IMG/VR virus record: IMGVR_UViG_3300035703_000112
Location: 1-57,189 of that record
Origin: a virus
Lineage: Duplodnaviria; Caudoviricetes
DNA length: 57,189 bases
Reading direction: 5' to 3' (one strand)
The position numbers and the translations under genes are program-made. Below are positions 28,078-36,333 of the stretch, in pieces. Below the pieces are notes generated by a model. It saw only the letters and a list, made by a program, of their open reading frames with translations, was not told the DNA's origin and did no database searches. The first letter of the stretch is position 1. The number at the start of each line of letters is the position of its first letter.

Positions 28078-29517
28078 ATGGCTGGTATTCCTACGTCGAA
28101 TATACTCCAACCGGGTAATATAAGTCTCTCCGGCGGTATAACTAGACAACTCGTGTCGGACCTACAACTCCTGACACCTCAGTATTACAAGAACTATGTT
28201 GAAAAATATGGTTCTGAAGATTTCACTTGGTGGCTCGCTACCTACGCTGGTATGGAAGAAGTTAAAAACCGTGACTTCTTTTGGTTTGAAAACCGTGGTA
28301 AACTTATCACTGGTATTCAGGCTGCTGCCAACGTATCTGGCGCTACAGCAGGTGCTACTATCACCGTAACTTTGGCTGCTGCTTATCACTACAACAGTGG
28401 TACTCAAGCTCCTTTGCGTCCGGGTGAAACTGTTCGTGTAGCCTCTACCAACGTAGAAGGTCAAATTTTGGCCATCACTGGTACTACACCGAGCGCCTTC
28501 ACTTTCACAGTTCGCCCTAAAATCTCTACTCAGTCTTTGTCATCTGCTGGTGCAACTAATCAGCTCCTTGCTACTGATGTATTGATTTTTGGTGGTATCA
28601 TGGATGCTGGTGAAGCTTCTACTTCTAATCAACCAATGATTCAGTTGGATGAGAAGTACACTAACACCATCACTGAAATGCGTGAAACTTTCACAGCAAC
28701 TGACCTCGCTGAGATGACCGAAGTGTATTACACTGGTGGTTTCTCTGGTGATGTTCCTGCTGGTGGTGCACAAGCTGGTACTTCCCTCTTCACACTGAAA
28801 GGGCTGGTAAAATCTAACGTACGTTTCAAAGATGACGTTGAGATGAAGCTGATGCGCGGTAATATCGTAAATAACAGTGGTCTGTCTACTTCAACTTCAG
28901 TAGGTTCTGAGGGTATCATCCCTAAGGTACTGGCTGATGGTGAAACAGTAGGTTATACTGCTGGTAACCTCGATATCGCCAAAATCCACGAAATCACCCG
29001 TATCATGGATGTGAACGGTTGTACTAGTGAGAACATGTGGCTGCAAGACATCTATCAGAACCAAAACTTCTCTGATGGTCTGTTTGCTGCATACCCTGCT
29101 GGTGCTTGGGTTTGGGGAAGTAACGAAAAATCTGAAGAGGCTGCAATCAGCTATGGTTGCAAATCTATCGCTATCGATGGATACCACTTCAAGGTTAAGA
29201 AGTATCGTCCTTTCAACTCTGAGTATCTGACTGGTGTTACTCCTACGAATGACTTCTTCCGTAACTTCGGTATGATTTGCCCTCAGGGTGAAACTCGCGA
29301 TGCCAAGGATGCAAGCAAAACGTACAAGAACATCTCCATCATGTACCAGCAACCTCCCAAAGGTGGTACTATCGGAAACGGTATTCGTGTATGGCAATGG
29401 GGTGGTGGTTCTCAGAATCCCACAACCGGAACCATGAACGATAACGTGGAAATGATTACTTATCGTGGAAGCCGCGTTGTTGCTGCTAACCAGTTTGTAA
29501 TCGTACAAGCTTCCTAA
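28078..29517 (+). CDS. Major capsid protein
   Basis: 479 aa with strongly biased high-expression codons; FWFENRG..., Y.N.ITEMRE.F, DVEMKLMRG; follows the scaffold and ends at a strong terminator. Confidence 0.85.
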   Translation: MAGIPTSNILQPGNISLSGGITRQLVSDLQLLTPQYYKNYVEKYGSEDFTWWLATYAGMEEVKNRDFFWFENRGKLITGIQAAANVSGATAGATITVTLAAAYHYNSGTQAPLRPGETVRVASTNVEGQILAITGTTPSAFTFTVRPKISTQSLSSAGATNQLLATDVLIFGGIMDAGEASTSNQPMIQLDEKYTNTITEMRETFTATDLAEMTEVYYTGGFSGDVPAGGAQAGTSLFTLKGLVKSNVRFKDDVEMKLMRGNIVNNSGLSTSTSVGSEGIIPKVLADGETVGYTAGNLDIAKIHEITRIMDVNGCTSENMWLQDIYQNQNFSDGLFAAYPAGAWVWGSNEKSEEAAISYGCKSIAIDGYHFKVKKYRPFNSEYLTGVTPTNDFFRNFGMICPQGETRDAKDASKTYKNISIMYQQPPKGGTIGNGIRVWQWGGGSQNPTTGTMNDNVEMITYRGSRVVAANQFVIVQAS

Positions 29518-29534
29518 TATTTAGGAACAAACTA

Positions 29535-29564
29535 GGGGGCGGTGAAATATCCGCCCCCATTTTT
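29535..29564 (+). terminator. Intrinsic terminator after the capsid gene
   Basis: GGGGGCGG-TGAAATAT-CCGCCCCC followed by ATTTTT. Confidence 0.85.
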
Positions 29565-29626
29565 AAATCACACCGCCCATACAAATGGGGTCATTAGTTA
29601 CTTAAATGGTATAAAAATTAATTAAA

Positions 29627-30517
29627 ATGGCAAAATTGTCAGATGTCCAGTTTTCACTGGGCGGAGAGCCCCAAAATAGTGGGCCATCAGAAGGAGAGAA
29701 AATAGTTATCAATGAAATTCGGGAAGTCACGCCTACTGGTGTGAAATTTCACATTTTTAAGCTTGTATCTAATACAAGAAAAGGTGGAGTACACGTTCCG
29801 GGAATTGATGACGTAATCAATCCTAAAACAGGAAAGATGGAACGGATTCGTTTGCTTACTGGTGTTGACACTATTTGGCTTAAAGAGCAAAAAGATGTCA
29901 CTGCTGATTATGCAAAAATGAATCAAAGAAATTTGAGCTTTGTTCGTGGTACTAAGATTTTACGAATTCCCGACTACGACAATACAGCTCTTGAATTTGC
30001 TCGGTTGACTCGACACAATATCGGAAGCCCTGCAAATAAAACAGGAAGTCATTTTGAATTCTATGAGTACAATCCAGAACGAGAACAACAAGAGTTGCTG
30101 CGTAAGGAGGAACTTGAGATAAAAATGGCTATCTTAGCACAAGGAATGCAAGCGGAAAAAATGAAAAAACATGCTGCATTCTTAGGAATCCGACTCATTG
30201 ATGACCTCGGGTTGCCGAAGTCGGAAGAAGGTTTGCGTAGAGAATATATGATTTACGCAAAACGGAATCCAGATTATTTTGGGAAAACGGTAGAATCTAA
30301 AGAAGTAGAGTTGGCATGGTTAGTGAAACGAGCTATTTTGGATTCTAAGCTTGAGATTGGACGGGAAGCTGGTAAAGTTTATTGGGCAAATGGCGGCGGT
30401 TTTATCGCAGCAATTCCCCGAAATGAAAACGTAGAAAGCTACCTAGTTAATCTCGCGCTTACAAATACCGAAGAAGGGCGTGAATTTAAAGATAGATTAA
30501 CGAAAGTAACATCTTAA
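29627..30517 (+). CDS. Conserved protein next to the capsid gene (crAss-like head module)
   Basis: 296 aa; position plus FYEYNPERE...AKRNPDYF...AI pattern. Confidence 0.55.
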   Translation: MAKLSDVQFSLGGEPQNSGPSEGEKIVINEIREVTPTGVKFHIFKLVSNTRKGGVHVPGIDDVINPKTGKMERIRLLTGVDTIWLKEQKDVTADYAKMNQRNLSFVRGTKILRIPDYDNTALEFARLTRHNIGSPANKTGSHFEFYEYNPEREQQELLRKEELEIKMAILAQGMQAEKMKKHAAFLGIRLIDDLGLPKSEEGLRREYMIYAKRNPDYFGKTVESKEVELAWLVKRAILDSKLEIGREAGKVYWANGGGFIAAIPRNENVESYLVNLALTNTEEGREFKDRLTKVTS

Positions 30518-30519
30518 CA

Positions 30520-31197
30520 ATGGCATACACGGTTGATGACGTATATCAAATAGTTACTTATAGTGTAGGGAAGAACCTTCAGCAAGGGTACGTTTCTCCT
30601 GCTGACTTCAACCTTGTCATCAATCAGGCTCAAAAGAGCTATGCTTCCTACTTGTTAGGGAACTTTCAACAATATCAACCGGGAAGACCCCAAGCTAGGG
30701 TTGAATTTGGGCAGAACACGGTAGTACGTCAGCGCTTGACTCCAATTATTTATGGATATAATTTAAGTGTTGATTCTTCCGGGTTCTCCCCATACCCCGG
30801 TGATTATTTACAACAAGATGCTATGTGGAGCTTCTACGGATATAATAGAGTCCGGGAAGTGCAGCAACAATATTTTTATTCTATTTACAACTCTGTTATT
30901 GACCCAGTTGGTGGTTGGCCAGTATATATGCTTGAATATGATGGATTTCGGTTCTTCCCTAATAACATAGGAGCAGCCAAGCTATCATACGTTAGAAACC
31001 CTCCAGATATGATTTGGGGGTATACATTGAACGTGAACGGAATCCCCGTCTACAATCCTGCGTCTAGTACACAACCAGTGTGGGATGATGCTTCAATCCT
31101 TGAAATTATTGTGCGGGCTCTTCGTATAATTGGAGTAAATTTGCAATACAATGATGTTAATGCCTACGCAAACGAAATAAAGCAAATAGGACAGTAA
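30520..31197 (+). CDS. Head-tail adaptor/ring protein
   Basis: TVDDVY...GYVSPADFNL.INQAQ...YVRNPP..W.Y. Confidence 0.65.
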   Translation: MAYTVDDVYQIVTYSVGKNLQQGYVSPADFNLVINQAQKSYASYLLGNFQQYQPGRPQARVEFGQNTVVRQRLTPIIYGYNLSVDSSGFSPYPGDYLQQDAMWSFYGYNRVREVQQQYFYSIYNSVIDPVGGWPVYMLEYDGFRFFPNNIGAAKLSYVRNPPDMIWGYTLNVNGIPVYNPASSTQPVWDDASILEIIVRALRIIGVNLQYNDVNAYANEIKQIGQ

Positions 31198-31198
31198 A

Positions 31199-32164
31199 AT
31201 GGCTAACCAGATACAGGCTACGGTATATCAAATTGATGGAAGCCCATTAAACTCTCCAATACAAATGTCGTTTTTGACAAGCGACATAATGATTAAAGAG
31301 GCATCGGTTAGCACTAATAATAGTATTAATTCTGCAATATTTTATTACCCAAATACAAGTAATAAATTACAAGACCAAGTTTTTTATGCGTCTGAAACGC
31401 TGACTCAACTTCGTAATGCATCAAATGTTGGTACTACTTCTCAAGTCCAAGCAACTGTTCTTCAAATTAATGAAGACCCTCAAATTCCCGGAGGTGTACA
31501 ATATACTTTCCCAGTTGATAATATCGCTATTTGGGAAAATGTAAATTCAAATATTGGCGTTAATTCCCTCATCCAATATAAGAATAAATATTATGGTGTA
31601 GCTGAAACAGAAGCAGTTCTGGTTACAGCTTCAAATGTTGTCATCCCAGCAGTAACAGGATTATTTGCTCAAACAGGAAATAGTACAGTTATTTCTGGAA
31701 CAACAGTTGAAACAACCCTTATAAATGGAGGTGTAGGAACTTTAAGTGTCCCAGCCAATGCATTTGCTGTTGGTGACAGTTTTAGAGTAGTTATGGGTGG
31801 CGCAATGAGCGCTGCAAATAATCAAACAATAAGATTTAAAGTAAAATCTGGTTCTGTTGTTTTTATTGATAGCGGTGCGCAACCTTTAACAAGCAGCATA
31901 ACAAATGATATTTGGGAGCTTAATGTAGATTTTACTGTTAGGCAAGTTGGTGCTGCTGGAGTTGCATCTATTGTTACTATAGCAAAATTTGCGTATACCA
32001 AACAGAATAATAACACTGTACAAGGGTTCGGAATTAATGCTATCAATAACACAACATTTGATACTACCATAAATAATGCATTGGATATTACTGTTGAATG
32101 GGGAAGTAATAATGCTGGTAATAGTATTTACAGCGATATTTTTATATTAAATAAAACATATTAA
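31199..32164 (+). CDS. Virion appendage protein with two tandem shared modules
   Basis: MANQIQATVYQIDG...; C-terminal GLFAQT...VPANAF.VGDSF...FDTT.NN.LDITVEW domain. Confidence 0.6.
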   Translation: MANQIQATVYQIDGSPLNSPIQMSFLTSDIMIKEASVSTNNSINSAIFYYPNTSNKLQDQVFYASETLTQLRNASNVGTTSQVQATVLQINEDPQIPGGVQYTFPVDNIAIWENVNSNIGVNSLIQYKNKYYGVAETEAVLVTASNVVIPAVTGLFAQTGNSTVISGTTVETTLINGGVGTLSVPANAFAVGDSFRVVMGGAMSAANNQTIRFKVKSGSVVFIDSGAQPLTSSITNDIWELNVDFTVRQVGAAGVASIVTIAKFAYTKQNNNTVQGFGINAINNTTFDTTINNALDITVEWGSNNAGNSIYSDIFILNKTY

Positions 32165-32165
32165 A

Positions 32166-33404
32166 ATGGCTAATCTAATTCAAGCGACAGTATATCAGAT
32201 TGACGGGTCACCACTTCCCGCAGCAGCAACATTGGATTTCCAAACAAGTAATTTGGTTATCCGGGAAGCGACAGTACCCACTATTGCAGCTGTACAATCT
32301 GCTATTTCATATTACAATGTGCCCAATAATAGTCTTAGCGTACAGACATTCTTTGTAAGCGAAACTATTGCTACGCTTGTGGCAGATGCTAATAATGCGG
32401 GAACTACTCAAACACAAGTAACCGTACTTACAATTAACGAAGACCCACAAGTTCCCGGAGGAGTACAATATAGTTTCCCATCAAATGAAATTTTGGTCGG
32501 GGAATTCACGGATGCTTCAATCGGCGTTCAAGCGTATGTTCAGTTTAAGAATGTAAAATATTACACCCAAGAAAACGAAGCAGCTATCTTGGCTGCAAGT
32601 AATAATACTGGCGTAGCGGCAGGTACTAACCCCACTTCCCTCTTCATACCATACAATAACGGCGGAATCTTTGGAGATAGCTACTTTGAAAACGATACTC
32701 TGAATAGTACACTTAAATCTGTATATAGTGCAAATGATGTAGGATTAAAGCTAGATTTTGCAGCAAATACATTTTCATTTGGTGATTTAGACTATATCAA
32801 TAATGGTGCATACATATTAATTGATGACCAAAATAGATTTATTGAAATAAATGGAGGGGGAAATTCTAATAACACCGCACTATTTGTAGAAGATATTACT
32901 TCTAAAATAAGAACATCATATACCAATACAGATTATGGAATAGAACTTGATTTTGCAAATAGAAATTTTACCCTTGGTGATTATGCAGGTAATTTTAACG
33001 AAACTAGATTTATTGTTGATGATACAAATACTATTGTAAAAACAACATTTCAAAATAACGACATAGGATTACAGCTGGATTTTGCGAACAATGTATATAA
33101 ATTTGGTGATTATACTAACGTAGGTGGAAGTGCTTCTAATTTGTTAATACTTGGTTCAGAAGTAGCAGTGGAAACAGTATTATATGGTATAAGTGGATTT
33201 AAGGCTGATGGAACACTGGCAAGTGCTTGGTTAGGAGATTTTAACGGTAACGCTAATAATACATTTTTGATATTGGATGATGTTCTTCAGCGTTTAGAAC
33301 TTTCTGGAAATCTAGAAGCGTCAACAGCTGGTGCTAGTTCTGGTAAATTCTTGAAGATTACAATTGGTGGAGTAGATTACAAAATAGCCCTTCTGAATAA
33401 CTAA
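32166..33404 (+). CDS. Fibre-like virion protein with two tandem shared modules
   Basis: Paralogous N-terminus; repeats (D.G)L.LDFAN..(F/Y).(F/L)GD; C-terminal FLKITIGGVDYKIALL. Confidence 0.65.
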   Translation: MANLIQATVYQIDGSPLPAAATLDFQTSNLVIREATVPTIAAVQSAISYYNVPNNSLSVQTFFVSETIATLVADANNAGTTQTQVTVLTINEDPQVPGGVQYSFPSNEILVGEFTDASIGVQAYVQFKNVKYYTQENEAAILAASNNTGVAAGTNPTSLFIPYNNGGIFGDSYFENDTLNSTLKSVYSANDVGLKLDFAANTFSFGDLDYINNGAYILIDDQNRFIEINGGGNSNNTALFVEDITSKIRTSYTNTDYGIELDFANRNFTLGDYAGNFNETRFIVDDTNTIVKTTFQNNDIGLQLDFANNVYKFGDYTNVGGSASNLLILGSEVAVETVLYGISGFKADGTLASAWLGDFNGNANNTFLILDDVLQRLELSGNLEASTAGASSGKFLKITIGGVDYKIALLNN

Positions 33405-33421
33405 TAAAACCTAAAACCAAT

Positions 33422-33580
33422 ATGGAAAAACAACAAGCCTTAACAATTTTGAAACAAGTGATTGACCAAGCTATTCAATCTGGGGTGTTTAAGAATGCTG
33501 AGAGTGTAGGAGCGGTAATACAAGCATTTCAGGTTGTTGTTAATGAGCTGGGAAGTGATGGGTCTATAAAAAAATCATAA
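33422..33580 (+). CDS. Small helical protein (52 aa), possible fibre chaperone
   Basis: Translated by hand: MEKQQALTILKQVIDQAIQSGVFKNAESVGAVIQAFQ... Confidence 0.55.
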   Translation: MEKQQALTILKQVIDQAIQSGVFKNAESVGAVIQAFQVVVNELGSDGSIKKS

Positions 33581-33581
33581 A

Positions 33582-34214
33582 ATGACCAGAGCAGAATTCA
33601 TAGAGCGGACTCTTCGCCAGATTTATGGCGGTTATGTATCGGAGGATTCTTCGATTACACCCATGCTTGTAAACTCATGGCTAAACGATGCTATTGCTCT
33701 TGCTGCAAAAACAAACTATACTGACAACCTTAAGTTGGATGGTATTGGTTATGTAAATAATTCTTTTTATACGACATTTAAGGGAATTGCTCCCACTTTA
33801 GACGAAACAAATCTTTGGAAATTGCAGCTTCCTCAGATTCCTGTGGGAATTGGAGCCAATGAGGGAATTAATACCATTGTGTTTAAAGACGGAAACGGAA
33901 CAATTAGTTTTCCATTAATTCCCCTGACTGCAAACCAAAAAACATATTTCCGCTCTATGCGTCCTATCCCAAATAAGACGCTTTATTATAATGAGGGGGA
34001 ATTTGTGTATGTCGTTACTTCCCTAGCATTAAACAACTACACTGCAAGCGTTACAATGGTCAGCGGAGGAGATTCATCAAACCTGAACAGCACCTTAAAC
34101 GTGCCTTCAGATTATTGGCCAACTATGGTTGCATATGTGCAGCAACAGCTAAATATTATGAAATCTACTCCAAAAGATTTGAGTAACGATGGTCAAGATT
34201 TATCTGTAAACTAA
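33582..34214 (+). CDS. Tail ring/adaptor protein
   Basis: 210 aa in the tail module; C-terminal PKDLSNDG motif like other ring proteins. Confidence 0.55.
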   Translation: MTRAEFIERTLRQIYGGYVSEDSSITPMLVNSWLNDAIALAAKTNYTDNLKLDGIGYVNNSFYTTFKGIAPTLDETNLWKLQLPQIPVGIGANEGINTIVFKDGNGTISFPLIPLTANQKTYFRSMRPIPNKTLYYNEGEFVYVVTSLALNNYTASVTMVSGGDSSNLNSTLNVPSDYWPTMVAYVQQQLNIMKSTPKDLSNDGQDLSVN

Positions 34215-34225
34215 AATTTAAGTAT

Positions 34226-34327
34226 ATGTTTTCATGGGGAATTATCACAGGAATGGCTATTACCCTTCTCTTTGCAGAAATCGGTAAGGCTGGTCTTACA
34301 TGGTTTAAACAAAAATTTTTTAAATGA
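34226..34327 (+). CDS. Small membrane peptide (33 aa)
   Basis: MFSWGIITGMAITLLFAEIGKAGLTWFKQKFFK; ATGA overlap with groES. Confidence 0.45.
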   Translation: MFSWGIITGMAITLLFAEIGKAGLTWFKQKFFK

Positions 34328-34587
34328 AACCAATACGTTCAAACGTACTTGTAAAACCATTTCCCCCATCAGAGATTTCTGAAGGGGGAATTTTCGTACC
34401 TTTATCAGTAAGAAAGGAAAACAATCGGGTTACAATTATCTCTGTGGGAAATGGTACTAAAGACCGTCCCATGCAGTTTAAGCCCGGTCAAGTTGCTTAT
34501 AGGGTTAAATCATGGGGCACTCCTGTTGAAATAAATGGAGAAATGCATTATTTAATGGATGACTCTGCAATTTTAGCTACAGAATAA
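34324..34587 (+). CDS. groES: Co-chaperonin GroES (Cpn10)
   Basis: MKPIRSNVLVKP...SEGGIFVP...ISVGNG...KPGQ...WGTPVEINGEMHYLMDDSAILA. Confidence 0.88.
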   Translation: MKPIRSNVLVKPFPPSEISEGGIFVPLSVRKENNRVTIISVGNGTKDRPMQFKPGQVAYRVKSWGTPVEINGEMHYLMDDSAILATE

Positions 34588-35088
34588 CTAAATGTGCGAC
34601 CAAGTCTTTCTATTTATTATATGATAAATATTGGAAATACTAGTACAAAACATGATTGCCAATTTAGAATATGATTTAATGCTTGGATATAATTCCCTTA
34701 TTTCCAATACTTGCATTTTGTTTAGTTTGGCAAAATTAGATTTTTCTCCTTTTGATGCTTTTCTTAATCCGGTTTTAAATGCATGTAATGTATTTTCCTT
34801 AATAGTACACCATTCTAAATTTTCAACCATATTATCAATTTTTATTCCATTTTTGTGGTTGACGTATGGTTTATTTTCTTTTTTTTCTAAAAAATTTGAT
34901 GCTACTAATCTGTGCACTGCAATAGACCGTTCTATTCCATCAAATCCGGTCAAATCTGCTCTAATGTATCCATTTTTTGTTGGCTTTGGATTTAACCATC
35001 TATTTTTTTTAATACTAAAAATTTTGCCTAAAGAGGATATTTTATACAATCCTTCATACCCTGATAAATCTTTTATCAATTCTTCCAT
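34588..35088 (-). mobile_element. NUMOD4-HNH homing endonuclease, inserted antisense in the tail operon
   Basis: GYEGLYKISSLG (NUMOD4), VHRLVA...VNHKNGIKIDN.VENLEWCT..EN..HA, C-terminal HTH; own promoter TATATTTG at 35193-35200. Confidence 0.9.
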
Positions 35089-35200
35089 AATAATTAGTAA
35101 ATTGCCTCTAAATTTAAAGGGTTGTGGTAGAAACCCTAAAAATAAAGAGGCAACAATAAATTTATTTTGCCATCCTACCACAAATGGCGGTACAAATATA
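35089..35200 (-). promoter_or_regulatory. Promoter plus two-hairpin leader with complementary loops
   Basis: Hairpins 35169-35188 and 35102-35153; loop segments TTGTGGTAG and CTACCACAA are complementary. Confidence 0.6.
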
Positions 35201-35210
35201 ATGTATTAAA

Positions 35211-35981
35211 ATGGCTCTTCAAAATAGACAATGGATTTCTCTTGATGATGCTATAACGTCGTATTTAGACGAATCGGAACAGTCTAATTCAAAGTATTTT
35301 AAGCTTTGGAATTTGGCTTTTCGAGCAATGACGGAATTAGGATTGGACTTCTTCTATTCTGTTAAATCGGTAAAGCTGCCTGTAAATCCAAACCTTACAG
35401 TAACACTTCCCGAAGATTATCTTAATTATACAAAGGTGGGAGTTCTTGATAACCAAGGACAAATAATTCCCCTAGACGTAAATAATAACCTAACAGTAGC
35501 CTTTGACCTACAACCTACTCGTCTATCCCAAGTAGTAGACCCAACCATTATGACGGCCTATAGCCCTCAGGGAATTGTTTGGTGGAACTACTGGAATGGA
35601 TACGGACTGAGCAATCTCTATGGTTTGCCCTCAGGTTCCCCATTTGTAGGACAATTTAAGATTGATGCGGGAAATGGTGTAATCGTTCTTGATATCAACT
35701 TCAACTTCGAATATATCATGCTCGAGTATGTTGCATCTCCTATGGCCGGAGGGGAATACTTCGTTCCCATTCAGTTTAAGGAGGCTTTAATCGCTTATTT
35801 GCGCTGGAAGGATATCATTTCCCTCCCTACATCAAGAAAAGGCTCCCTAGGTGATAAACGTGACCGTAGAAACGACTACTACAATGAACGTCGCTTGGCT
35901 ATCGCTCGCTACGATGCAGTTAACCTGACTGACTTGTACGAATGGAATCTCAAAAATCAGCGGATGACCGTAAAAGGATAA
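35211..35981 (+). CDS. Tail tubular/ring protein
   Basis: LPEDYLNYTKVG...IMLEYV...VP....EALIAYL.W. Confidence 0.65.
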   Translation: MALQNRQWISLDDAITSYLDESEQSNSKYFKLWNLAFRAMTELGLDFFYSVKSVKLPVNPNLTVTLPEDYLNYTKVGVLDNQGQIIPLDVNNNLTVAFDLQPTRLSQVVDPTIMTAYSPQGIVWWNYWNGYGLSNLYGLPSGSPFVGQFKIDAGNGVIVLDINFNFEYIMLEYVASPMAGGEYFVPIQFKEALIAYLRWKDIISLPTSRKGSLGDKRDRRNDYYNERRLAIARYDAVNLTDLYEWNLKNQRMTVKG

Positions 35982-36060
35982 AATACAAAAAAGGATTACA
36001 ATTCCAGAAAACACAAAAAATACAAATCTGGAATCAATGAATTGTAAATAAAATTAAAAT

Positions 36061-36333
36061 ATGTCACTTTCCGCAATACTTGGTCCGGGTTTGGTTTCGA
36101 TATACGGTGCGGGAAGTCCTGCCAGCACTACTACAGGGATGATTGTACCAAACGGTAGCTTTTTATTTGGTATTGTTGACCAGACTTGGAACGGGTTGCC
36201 GGGAAATGTTTCTGTAGGTCAATCTATTCTTTTCCAAGAAAGCGATGTTTTTGCCAGATTAGTATATACTAACCAAACATATACTTTAATTCAAGAAGAT
36301 AAAGTAATTTTGATAGAAGTTACCCCGCCATGA
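36061..36333 (+). CDS. Divergent GroES-like-fold protein
   Basis: GMIVP...FGIVDQ...VSVGQSILF...Y..QTYTLIQEDKVIL follows the Cpn10 pattern. Confidence 0.5.
   Translation: MSLSAILGPGLVSIYGAGSPASTTTGMIVPNGSFLFGIVDQTWNGLPGNVSVGQSILFQESDVFARLVYTNQTYTLIQEDKVILIEVTPP

Noticed and set aside
28162-29508. Several long minus-strand ORFs over the capsid gene
   Set aside because: Expected by-product of strong codon bias; no start signals or motifs
34631-35209. 192-aa plus-strand ORF
   Set aside because: Antisense shadow of the HNH endonuclease, which has clear motifs and its own promoter
35982-36060. A-rich intergenic region with an imperfect inverted repeat (TTACAATTCCAGA / TCTGGAAT..AATTGTAA)
   Set aside because: Interrupted, AT-rich and found once; not enough to call a terminator, operator or mini-array
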